Below, piece after piece: positions 36,206 to 44,897 of a stretch of DNA of 64,000 bases. Location: assembly GCA_902784345.1 (NCBI GenBank), contig CACZUD010000001.1, forward strand, positions 30,810-94,809. The letters run 5' to 3'. Origin of the DNA: an uncultured Pseudomonadota bacterium. GTDB taxonomy: Bacteria > Pseudomonadota > Alphaproteobacteria > Rs-D84. The notes beneath the pieces are model-generated. The model had not been told where the DNA came from. It ran no database searches and saw only the letters and a program-made list of their open reading frames with translations. Numbering within the stretch: position 1 is the first letter of the stretch; each line of letters opens with the position of its first letter. Both the position numbers and the translations under genes were made by a program.

Positions 36206-36904
36206 ATGAAATTCATTGTTGGTAATTGGAAAATGAACGGGACCTTGGATGAAAAAGAGGCTTTTTTAAAAGCTCTGAAAAATGTCAAAACCAACAACAA
36301 AATTATTATATGTATGCCTTTTACATTGGTTTATGGCAACGATCATGGCATTACAATCGGTGCACAAAATATAAGCGAACATGCTAATGGCGCTTATACT
36401 GGGGACATTTCTGGTCAAATGTTGAAAGATGCCGATGTTAAATACGTACTGGTCGGGCACAGCGAACGCAGACTTTATCACAATGAAACAAACGCGATTG
36501 TAAAAGCAAAAGCGATTGCCGCAATAAAAAATGGTATCACCCCAATAATCTGTATTGGCGAAACATTGGCAGATAAAAAAGCGGGACGTACAATGACTGT
36601 TGTTAAAAAGATGCTTTTGGAATGCATACCTGAAAAGTGCAAATATATCATTGCATACGAACCGCGTTGGGCAATTGGTTCTGGTAAAACACCAACATTA
36701 GAAGAAATCACTGCTGTCTTTGAAACAATTCATAAAACCCTGCACCAGCAAGGTTGCGAAAACATTTCCCTGCTCTATGGTGGCAGCGTAAACAGCAACA
36801 ATGCAAAACAAATTATAAACATAAAAAACGTTGATGGATTGCTGGTCGGTGGCGCATCCTTGAAAAGCGACACATTTTTACCTATAATAAAATCAATCGA
36901 TTAA
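36206..36904 (+). CDS. tpiA: Triosephosphate isomerase
   Basis: Motifs FIVGNWKMNG, VLVGHSERR, IAYEPRWAIGSGK and LLYGGSVN. Confidence 0.93.
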   Translation: MKFIVGNWKMNGTLDEKEAFLKALKNVKTNNKIIICMPFTLVYGNDHGITIGAQNISEHANGAYTGDISGQMLKDADVKYVLVGHSERRLYHNETNAIVKAKAIAAIKNGITPIICIGETLADKKAGRTMTVVKKMLLECIPEKCKYIIAYEPRWAIGSGKTPTLEEITAVFETIHKTLHQQGCENISLLYGGSVNSNNAKQIINIKNVDGLLVGGASLKSDTFLPIIKSID

Positions 36905-36932
36905 ACATATAATAATATAAAGTAGGTAAAAA

Positions 36933-37448
36933 ATGGAAAATAAAAACGAAAAAGAAGTTGAAATCGAAACAGTATCTGTGGACGACAAACCAGAAATTGC
37001 CCAAGACAAACAAACTGAAATTATCGAACAATTAAATAATAAAATCGCAGAATTAAACGACAAATACTTGCGTACTGCGGCAGAATTGGAAAATACGCGT
37101 CGTCGTTCTGCGCTGGATATTGAATCTGTATCACGCAATCGTGCAATGGGGGTTGCTGAAAAAATCTTGCCGGTAATGGACGCTGTTCAATCCGCCCTTA
37201 AACACAATCCAAACGACGAAGGGATAAAAACTATGGAACGCGCATTGCAAAACGCGTTTGCACAAATCGGTATAGTAAAAATCAAAAGCCTTGGCGAAGT
37301 TTTGAATCCCCAATTTCATAACGCGATTCAGATAATTGACAAACCGGACGAAAAAACAGCAACCAACACCATTATCGAAGAATTGCAAACAGGATATATG
37401 TTTGGCGATTCGATTTTGCGTCCAGCAATGGTTGTCGTATCAAAATAA
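36933..37448 (+). CDS. grpE: Nucleotide exchange factor GrpE
   Basis: YLRTAAELENTRRR, and a C-terminal beta-domain with GYMFGDSILRPAMVVVS. Confidence 0.92.
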   Translation: MENKNEKEVEIETVSVDDKPEIAQDKQTEIIEQLNNKIAELNDKYLRTAAELENTRRRSALDIESVSRNRAMGVAEKILPVMDAVQSALKHNPNDEGIKTMERALQNAFAQIGIVKIKSLGEVLNPQFHNAIQIIDKPDEKTATNTIIEELQTGYMFGDSILRPAMVVVSK

Positions 37449-37472
37449 AAAAACGCCGTATGGCGTTTTTTT
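37446..37472. terminator. Bidirectional intrinsic terminator
   Basis: AAAAAAACGCC-GTAT-GGCGTTTTTTT. Confidence 0.7.
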
Positions 37473-38553
37473 AATCTATTACTGCATCTATCATTGGGCG
37501 ATTTTTGATTGTATCTAAAGGATGCTTTTGATATTTGACATCGGAAAAATCAATCTCGCGCAAATCAAACTTTCGAATTATAGGATTATACATGGTCGTA
37601 TAGTATATCCTGTCGTTCGTCATGTCTGTAACCGCGGTCCATTGGGTTGCACTCGGTATATTAGGAATTTTTGTTTTATCTGCAAATTGTATTCCAATTG
37701 GAATTGTCATCGCTTCCAATATAGTAAACGCATGTTCAACGGCCTGTTGCGAATTTGCTAATTCTGGTGCACTGTTTTGAAAAAAAGCAACACGAACAAA
37801 TCTTGATGGTGGTGTCATATCACCAGGCAACCCCAACAAACCTGAACCGTGTTCTATGGGATTCATTGTTATGTTTCCAAACTTGTGTGCATCAACAGTC
37901 CCTGGTTTCAAGTTTATGTAATTATTCAAATTTGTGATATGCCATGGATATCCTGGGGCATTCGTAAGAACGCCAAGTTTATTATCGTATATCATTGGCA
38001 AACCATCGACATATTCTATAACAATTTGACGACCGTACTTGTCCGCTACTCGCCAATGCAAATTTTCTGCACGAGAATCGGTTGCTACAACTTTGACCCC
38101 AGCCAACGCAGCAATCACATCATCAACTGTTTCAAAATTTCCTAAAACCCATGCAACAAATTCTGTATCTGAAATTGTTATGTCTTTGTCTGCTGGATTA
38201 TACTTTGGATATGAACCATATTTTGGAAAATAAAACAGCCCCGAAGACAACCCCGCTTCATTCAATCCTTCAATTACATAATCTTCTGACGCCAAACCAA
38301 CATATCCATAAAAAGCAGTATATTTCATACCATTTCTTGTTCCATCCGGCAACATAGATTGCTTTTCAAACCCACGAGGCACGATTAAATAATCGCTGGG
38401 ACTTTCACCATTGGACCATTCAACAGTACGCGCAACAATACGCGAACCGTCTTTTGCGTTTAACGTAATTCCTGTACAGGAATTGGCACTGTGATGAATG
38501 CCAACTATCGCCAGCATCATCAAAAACATAAAGTTTAATTTTTTCTTTTCCAT
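37471..38553 (-). CDS. Choloylglycine hydrolase / linear amide C-N hydrolase (Ntn family), exported
   Basis: A signal peptide followed by the nucleophile Cys context SANSCTGITLNAKDGSRIVARTVEW. 360 aa. Confidence 0.85.
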   Translation of the reverse strand: MEKKKLNFMFLMMLAIVGIHHSANSCTGITLNAKDGSRIVARTVEWSNGESPSDYLIVPRGFEKQSMLPDGTRNGMKYTAFYGYVGLASEDYVIEGLNEAGLSSGLFYFPKYGSYPKYNPADKDITISDTEFVAWVLGNFETVDDVIAALAGVKVVATDSRAENLHWRVADKYGRQIVIEYVDGLPMIYDNKLGVLTNAPGYPWHITNLNNYINLKPGTVDAHKFGNITMNPIEHGSGLLGLPGDMTPPSRFVRVAFFQNSAPELANSQQAVEHAFTILEAMTIPIGIQFADKTKIPNIPSATQWTAVTDMTNDRIYYTTMYNPIIRKFDLREIDFSDVKYQKHPLDTIKNRPMIDAVID

Positions 38554-38602
38554 GGTTTTATTTTTTCACGAACGGAACATAAAAACCACAGGAACGTATT
38601 CA

Positions 38603-38630
38603 ATAAAAAAACCGCCATTTCCGGCGGTCT
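38603..38630 (-). terminator. Intrinsic terminator after the 38637..42053 gene
   Basis: In minus sense: CCGCC-GGAAAT-GGCGG followed by TTTTTTTT. Confidence 0.55.
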
Positions 38631-38636
38631 GTAATG

Positions 38637-41600
38637 TTATATTCCCAATCTGTGATGAATTTTGAACATCATAATGGATTCGTTTCCAAAGGCATCTGTA
38701 TTACCTGGATTCACACGATATATAAAACCAATACCAGCATCAGTAAATTCGCCAAGCGGATGACGGTACGCGCCAGAAAATCTTAATTCACGTTTTTGCG
38801 GTGCCAAATCAATATATTCAACATGTGGATTATTTACAGCAACCTCATATGCACCATTATTTTCGACAACAGACAAATCTGCATAATCATAACCCATCCG
38901 ACCATCAACAACCGCCAAAGGCATCGCCGCTGAAAAATTGAACCCGTATGCATCCACCCCCAGCGCAAAAGCATTTGATTTTATATTCGACAATTCAGAA
39001 ATAATTCCGTCCCCAATATTTGCAACCGTATCTGCAAATGTTGCACGCGCAGATAAATTTACTTTTTCAAATGGTTTATAATTGGCAACCATATCAACAT
39101 ATTGTGTCTTTGCACCATTCAAAGCCAACAAACCATCGTTTATCGCACCCAAAACAGTATTTGTTTCATTCATATTTCCAAGCGATACATCCAAACCGAA
39201 TTTTTCATTATTATATGACACTTCGACGGCACCACCATTTGCAAACCCTAAACGCGCAGGTTCAAATTGTGATGACACAACAGGATCAGTTTCCAATAAA
39301 TTTTCATCTGTCATCGTACCCGAAAAAGCGTTTACACCGAATGCGAAATTACCAGTTTTATATTTTGCACCACTTGATACACTGTTCGATACCAAAGACA
39401 ACACGCCATTTGCCCGACCGCAGAATCTGGATTCTCCGTTCGTCAGATAACGTTGATAGCCCGCACCTAAGTCATAATTTTCATTACTGAATTTTACATT
39501 CAAATTATCCAAACCATTCAAACTATCGACATACGCACGTGGCGACATAGCCATATCAAAAGTCATATTGCCAATCTTGTTAATATGTTTATTGGAAGAA
39601 TCAACTGCAAAATCTGCCAAGACATCACCCATGTAAAGGCCATGATTTGAATCACCACCCAAAGAAAATTCATTTTTCCAAACACGCGGTAAAGATATCG
39701 AACCGTCTGCACTTTCAAGAACATCATAGAAAGAAGTTTTTATTACACCACGCCCGTTTAATACTGTCGAAGCACGCCCAGAAGAACTATTTGTTGTCGT
39801 TGTAATTTTGCTCCAAAACGCATTACCAGAAGTGGACACAATAGAATTAGTATTAGATGAATAAAAATATACATTTGTAGTTGGACGCGTTGCACGTTCA
39901 AGGTTTATCATCCCATAACCAAACACATTTTTAAAACTTTCCAAATATTGAGAATCTGAAGAATCAAGGCTGTCTGGCAATTCATACAATCCACGCAAAT
40001 AACTTATCAAATCCGCATTATCTGTCCATTTTGAATATTCACTAGAACTGTTTGGATTTACACCAAGGTATGGACCATCCGCAGTCAACGCTAACAACAA
40101 GAATATTTGATTTGGTGTCATATAACTGAATGCACTTTTAACAGAAGCAACCGCACCAGCCATCGAAGCTGCCGCCTCTAAATCCGTAGTACCAGGTGCC
40201 GCAAAACACCATGGATTCATCGCACCACCATTACCAGTTCCCGCCAAACCACATATACGCGAAGAATAAGTTATATTGGAATCTGTTGCATCTTCCCATG
40301 TTGATAATTCTAATTTACCCGCACCAGAAGCATTATATTGATCGACTGTCAAACCCGATGTTCCTGTTGTGGCATTTGGTTTAACCGCAACCACCGTCAT
40401 AAACAAATTCTGCAAATCGTTATAGACAACTGGCGCAAAGTTTTCAAAAGTCGCAACTTGCGGACTTAAAGCCCCACCGTTTGACAAGCCAAACAAACTG
40501 TGCCCTGCAGAATTAACCAATATCTGCCCATCTTTGATAGTTCCTTTGGCTGCTAAAAGATTGTATGAATCTTTTGCATTACTAGACGGAACTCCAAAGG
40601 CCTCCGTATCATTTGTTGTATCAAGATTATAATAAAAATCTATCAAATAAGCATAACCATTTTGTCTTGAATTCGTAGTGTCCCCATATTTCGCGGTCCA
40701 CTTGTTAACCCATACGTTTGCATCATTGACATTTGCATATGAAAGGCTGCTAGATTCTGATGGCATTGCTAAATTTGCGACAACATTTACATTTGCACCA
40801 GACAAAGTCAAAGCCTGGTATATTGCCGCATAATTTTTATAATCAGACACCCCTGCTTCGCCTGTACCTATTTTATATACAGTTAATTGACCGTTTGGAA
40901 CAAAACCATAAAAATCACCTGTTGTGCGTCCACCCTCTTCCCAACCTGCAATTATTTTCGCCAATTTAGTATCTTCATCAGTAGCCGGATTAGTGGTCGA
41001 ACCAAACACTGTTGTTCCATTAACCAAATCGAAATCACCGTCTTCGACAGGTGTTTCACCCAACGTCCCGGTTAAATTATAATATTTATGTGACAACTTC
41101 ACAGATGCATTAACTGCGGCCTGACATGCAGCCGATGGTGCAACACCCGCTGGACACAACGAAGCCAAAGTATTTTTAGCAGAATCATCAAACCATTCAA
41201 TTATCCCATCAACCGCACTGCCGTTGGCATTAACCCCAGATGCAGTTATCATTGCAACATTTATTGGTTTGCCACCATTTGGTGTTTCATTAAAAGGGTA
41301 TGCAGACAAATCAAAAACTTCTTTTGTTGTATCGTTTCTGACGGTTGACATACCCAGATAGCCACGCACAAAGGCATTATATGCGCGTGCAACCATCAAA
41401 TAATTAAAAGTATTCTGTGTTGATGTATCTGACATATGAGTAAAATCTGGACTGTCTTGCCATACAGTAAAATCAGTTGGACAAGACGATCCACTGCACG
41501 CAGGACCATAAGGCAGATTTTGTGTGAACAATGTGTTAGTTGGTGTCGTCGTGCTACTGCCACCGCCACCGCCACTGCCAGAATGAGACCCCCCAGAAGA

Positions 41601-42053
41601 AGATACATTGTTATTTTTTGCGTCAAACACGTTCGTCAACAAAGCAACACCACCAATAACAGCGGCAACGCCAACCGCCGACAATGCCAATACATGCGAC
41701 GAAGACAATCCGCTGAAAAATCCGTACTCTTCACCTTTTGCTGCAACACGAGATTTTTGTTTATAGTTTTTGATTTGTCGATCACATTGCGAAGCATCTG
41801 CACCGTACATTTGCAAGACCTGTATCGCGCGTCTATCATTGTTCATCACAGCGGTACAAACCAACGACAAACCTGTTGAATCAACATAGTTTACATTTGC
41901 ACCATTGTTAATCAAAACTTGAACAGTCTGGGTATCGCCACGACGTGCAGCAGACAACAATTGCGAAGCAGTTTGAAATTCAGACGACGTTGCCGCGAAC
42001 GACATGCAAGGAATTAAAAACCATAAAACGCCCAAAATTCTAACAAATTTCAT
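38637..42053 (-). CDS. Ankyrin-repeat / subtilase-like (probably degenerate) protein with a C-terminal OM beta-domain, 1138 aa
   Basis: Signal-like N-terminus, then two ANK repeats (LLSAARRGDTQTVQVLINNGANVNYVDSTGLSLVCTAVMNNDRRAIQVLQMYGADA), a hydrophobic segment and a Gly/Ser linker. Blocks paralogous to 21122..23074 include GKPINVAMITASG, ILVNSAGHS, FMTVVAVKPN, WCFAAPGT, AAASMAGAVASVKSAFSYM and YGYGMINLERATRP. The C-terminal domains are also similar. Confidence 0.75.
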   Translation of the reverse strand: MKFVRILGVLWFLIPCMSFAATSSEFQTASQLLSAARRGDTQTVQVLINNGANVNYVDSTGLSLVCTAVMNNDRRAIQVLQMYGADASQCDRQIKNYKQKSRVAAKGEEYGFFSGLSSSHVLALSAVGVAAVIGGVALLTNVFDAKNNNVSSSGGSHSGSGGGGGSSTTTPTNTLFTQNLPYGPACSGSSCPTDFTVWQDSPDFTHMSDTSTQNTFNYLMVARAYNAFVRGYLGMSTVRNDTTKEVFDLSAYPFNETPNGGKPINVAMITASGVNANGSAVDGIIEWFDDSAKNTLASLCPAGVAPSAACQAAVNASVKLSHKYYNLTGTLGETPVEDGDFDLVNGTTVFGSTTNPATDEDTKLAKIIAGWEEGGRTTGDFYGFVPNGQLTVYKIGTGEAGVSDYKNYAAIYQALTLSGANVNVVANLAMPSESSSLSYANVNDANVWVNKWTAKYGDTTNSRQNGYAYLIDFYYNLDTTNDTEAFGVPSSNAKDSYNLLAAKGTIKDGQILVNSAGHSLFGLSNGGALSPQVATFENFAPVVYNDLQNLFMTVVAVKPNATTGTSGLTVDQYNASGAGKLELSTWEDATDSNITYSSRICGLAGTGNGGAMNPWCFAAPGTTDLEAAASMAGAVASVKSAFSYMTPNQIFLLLALTADGPYLGVNPNSSSEYSKWTDNADLISYLRGLYELPDSLDSSDSQYLESFKNVFGYGMINLERATRPTTNVYFYSSNTNSIVSTSGNAFWSKITTTTNSSSGRASTVLNGRGVIKTSFYDVLESADGSISLPRVWKNEFSLGGDSNHGLYMGDVLADFAVDSSNKHINKIGNMTFDMAMSPRAYVDSLNGLDNLNVKFSNENYDLGAGYQRYLTNGESRFCGRANGVLSLVSNSVSSGAKYKTGNFAFGVNAFSGTMTDENLLETDPVVSSQFEPARLGFANGGAVEVSYNNEKFGLDVSLGNMNETNTVLGAINDGLLALNGAKTQYVDMVANYKPFEKVNLSARATFADTVANIGDGIISELSNIKSNAFALGVDAYGFNFSAAMPLAVVDGRMGYDYADLSVVENNGAYEVAVNNPHVEYIDLAPQKRELRFSGAYRHPLGEFTDAGIGFIYRVNPGNTDAFGNESIMMFKIHHRLGI

Positions 42054-42186
42054 AAAAGCATTCTCTCTTTGGAAAAGAGTTTAGCACAAAAAATTATACT
42101 GTGTCCAGAATTTTTACTTATTATATAACGGCATTTTTTCTTTGATTTAATACACGGTTTTTGATATAATCTTCCCAAGAGAGAAA

Positions 42187-43050
42187 ATGAAAGTTCGCGA
42201 TTTTATTTTTTTCGGATGTTTGTTTACTGTGCCCAGCTTTGTTTACGGGGCATGTTCAGTTGCTAATTTAACAAGGTGTTTAGATTCTGTATGTGCAATA
42301 AATGTTGGCGCAAATCCTGCGGCAAGATGCCAATATTGCGGTTCTGCATCTGCGGGTGAACCATCAAAGTCAACCACAATGAAAAGTATTTCTGCTGGCA
42401 CATCTGCAAAGTACACTATTTCTGACAAAGAATTAAAGAAAGCACCATCTGATCCGGGCGAAAGATACGTTTGGGGAACAAAACTTTGTCTGCAAAAAGT
42501 TTCTGGATGCACACCTGATGATGTCAGTGATAATTATGATTCATTAATTGAACAATCCTGTAAAGCGGCTGGGATATCTGCTGAATTTGAAAAATTGGCA
42601 GAAAAAGCCAACGAACAAAAAACATCGTCTTCATGTTCTTCGGAAATATCAGCCTGTGTTATAAACGCGAAACGGTGCACTGCAAATTACAGGAAATGCG
42701 AATCAGATTCTGAATTTGATAAATACTTTTCTGAATGCAGTGTCGCATCTGTTGGGTGTGATGAATATTTAAAGGACATTCGTGCACAGTTAATATCTTC
42801 ACGCGACACGTCAATTGCAAATGCAGACAAATTATTACAAACAATTATTGCGTCATATAAATCTGCGCGCGAACAGAAATTGGCGACGGCACAATCGTCT
42901 TGCAAGAACAACAAGGCAAAGTTAGATTGTGTTCAACGTGTTTGTCAAACCAATATGCGAAATAAATGCGAAGTTGGATTTGAATACGAAAGCACACTTG
43001 CAGAACAATTATGCAAATTCTATGACACCGCATGCGAAAGGTTGAAATAA
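42187..43050 (+). CDS. Cysteine-rich exported protein (287 aa)
   Basis: Signal-like N-terminus, then CSVANLTRCLDSVCAINVGANPAARCQYC immediately after it. About 24 Cys in total. Confidence 0.7.
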   Translation: MKVRDFIFFGCLFTVPSFVYGACSVANLTRCLDSVCAINVGANPAARCQYCGSASAGEPSKSTTMKSISAGTSAKYTISDKELKKAPSDPGERYVWGTKLCLQKVSGCTPDDVSDNYDSLIEQSCKAAGISAEFEKLAEKANEQKTSSSCSSEISACVINAKRCTANYRKCESDSEFDKYFSECSVASVGCDEYLKDIRAQLISSRDTSIANADKLLQTIIASYKSAREQKLATAQSSCKNNKAKLDCVQRVCQTNMRNKCEVGFEYESTLAEQLCKFYDTACERLK

Positions 43051-43053
43051 AAA

Positions 43054-44862
43054 ATGAAACAGAACAATAAATTTTTTATCGCGATGTTATCCATAATTAT
43101 TGGGGCTGGTTTTTCTGCATTTGAAACGGCGGACGCTGCATCGGCACGCACCCCTGTTCGCGTAAGCACTGCAACATCACGTCGTCCGGCGACAACGACA
43201 GTGGCCAATACAAGTTTGAATACAACAACTGAAACATTAAATACTGTAGAAGAAGAACCAGTTTCGACAACAGAAGAAGAACCAGAAGAAATAATAATTG
43301 AAAACAAGTCTTCCAGTTTTGATGTTTCTGTATCCGCAGGAACCGAATCGTCTGTGTCTGACAATTCGTTTGCGGAACAAATTCGCAAACAGCGCGCCGC
43401 ATTTGAAGCAAACGAAGCAACATCAAACGCAACAAACGCACAAAAAAATGCCGCAAAAACCAGCAGCAACTCATGCGACAGCAATTTGCGCAAATGTATG
43501 GCAACAAAATGCGGGAATGATTTCACAAAATGTGCTTTGGATGGCGACACAATATTTGGCGACAAATTGAACGCATGCCGTCGTGATACAGAATGTACCG
43601 GCGAAGAATTCAGTTTATTCACCGCCGAAATCAAGGCTGATCGTGATATGAATGTACGTTTGGCATCTTATAATAATGTAATAAACTGTGGAAACCAATA
43701 CAACGCATGCTTGGTAAACGAATGTGGAAAAACATATAATAAATGTTTGGGCAAAGCAGCGGCAGATGCGGCAATAAAAAAATGTGGCACAATCGCAAAA
43801 GAATGCACAGAAGCAGATTCAGGCTTGGCAAATCGTTTTGGCACAGTAATCGGCAAATTACGTGAAAATGCAGAAAAAGAAGTCAAGAAAGATGACGAAC
43901 GTATGTATGCAATGCGTGATTCAATGCAAAGCATCTGCAAACGCATGGGCGCAATGTTTGACGAACGCACATTTGATTGCGTATTCACAGTGAATTTCTT
44001 TGCGGGTAATGACCAAAAGAATCCTATGGCATCACGCAAACGCTATGCGGGGGACACATTTGTATGTATGCAAGAATGGTTTGGTGTGAACGTAACAACA
44101 TATAAAGAAAACGCATATCGTGAAACACGTGCACAAACTGGCGCATCATCTGCACTGTTGGGTGCCGGTGTTGGTACAGCGGCTGGTCTTGTTACATCTG
44201 GCGCAATCGGACGTGCAATAGATACTCAAAAAGCAAAGAAAGATTTTAAATCGGAATGCAAATCCCAAGGCGGAACATTAAAAGGTGGCGAATGCGTGTT
44301 TGCTAATCGACAAACAGAAACATCTGCCGAACAGACTTCTTCTCAACAAAATTTGCAAGATGCAGCAAAAGAACAAACAGGTTCTCAACAAAGTCTGCAA
44401 GATGCGGCAAAAGAACAAACAGGTTCTCAACAAAGTCTGCAAGATGCTGTAGCGGCACAAAAAAAGTTTGAAGCAGAAAAAGAAAAAGAAAAATTTTCTG
44501 ACGATTCAAAGATGCTTGAAGCTATCGACAAAATAAAAGTACCAGAACAAGATATGACCAAAGTAAAAAACAACTCAACAGAAACATCTAAAAAAAGCAC
44601 CACCAGTGCAAAAAAATCTGGCACTAAAAATAAAACAACAACTTCTTCCGGCAGCAAAGCAAAAAGCAGCACCTCTTCTTCATCCAGTAACACAAAGAAG
44701 ACAACAACTTCTTCCGGCAGCAAAGCAAAAAGCAACACCTCTTCTTCATCCAGCAACACAAAGAAGACAACAACTTCTTCCGGCAACAAAACAAATGAAC
44801 CCAAGAAATCAGAATTTGTGAAAATGTTAGAAAATAATCAACAAAACTTTTCTTGGAAATAA
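43054..44862 (+). CDS. Cysteine-rich exported/bitopic protein with tandem-repeat tail (602 aa)
   Basis: Signal peptide, an ARTPVRVSTATSRRPATTT linker and an acidic stretch. Two C-x6-C-x4-C-x6-C modules follow, then a Gly/Ala-rich hydrophobic helix. The tail has 14-aa and 22-aa tandem repeats. Confidence 0.75.
   Translation: MKQNNKFFIAMLSIIIGAGFSAFETADAASARTPVRVSTATSRRPATTTVANTSLNTTTETLNTVEEEPVSTTEEEPEEIIIENKSSSFDVSVSAGTESSVSDNSFAEQIRKQRAAFEANEATSNATNAQKNAAKTSSNSCDSNLRKCMATKCGNDFTKCALDGDTIFGDKLNACRRDTECTGEEFSLFTAEIKADRDMNVRLASYNNVINCGNQYNACLVNECGKTYNKCLGKAAADAAIKKCGTIAKECTEADSGLANRFGTVIGKLRENAEKEVKKDDERMYAMRDSMQSICKRMGAMFDERTFDCVFTVNFFAGNDQKNPMASRKRYAGDTFVCMQEWFGVNVTTYKENAYRETRAQTGASSALLGAGVGTAAGLVTSGAIGRAIDTQKAKKDFKSECKSQGGTLKGGECVFANRQTETSAEQTSSQQNLQDAAKEQTGSQQSLQDAAKEQTGSQQSLQDAVAAQKKFEAEKEKEKFSDDSKMLEAIDKIKVPEQDMTKVKNNSTETSKKSTTSAKKSGTKNKTTTSSGSKAKSSTSSSSSNTKKTTTSSGSKAKSNTSSSSSNTKKTTTSSGNKTNEPKKSEFVKMLENNQQNFSWK
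44344..44447 (+). repeat. In-frame 42-nt tandem repeat (~2.5 copies)
   Basis: The unit CAACAAAGTCTGCAAGATGCGGCAAAAGAACAAACAGGTTCT encodes QQSLQDAAKEQTGS. Copies lie at 44344, 44386 and a partial one at 44428. Confidence 0.9.
44635..44786 (+). repeat. In-frame 66-nt tandem repeat (~2.3 copies)
   Basis: The unit encodes TTTSSGSKAKS[SN]TSSSSSNTKK. Copies lie at 44635..44700, 44701..44766 and a partial one from 44767, differing at 2 nt. Confidence 0.9.
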
Positions 44863-44897
44863 GGAACGAAACGACTTATAAAAAAACGAAAAACAAA

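Noticed and set aside
44344-44786. Tandem repeats considered as a possible CRISPR array
   Set aside because: The units are directly adjacent with no spacers, are in frame within a long ORF, and have the wrong length and organisation for CRISPR.
43020-44804. Minus-strand ORFs 43020..43634, 43668..44039 and 44427..44804
   Set aside because: They are antisense to the Cys-rich gene and run through its repeats. The repetitive translations mirror the sense-strand repeats.
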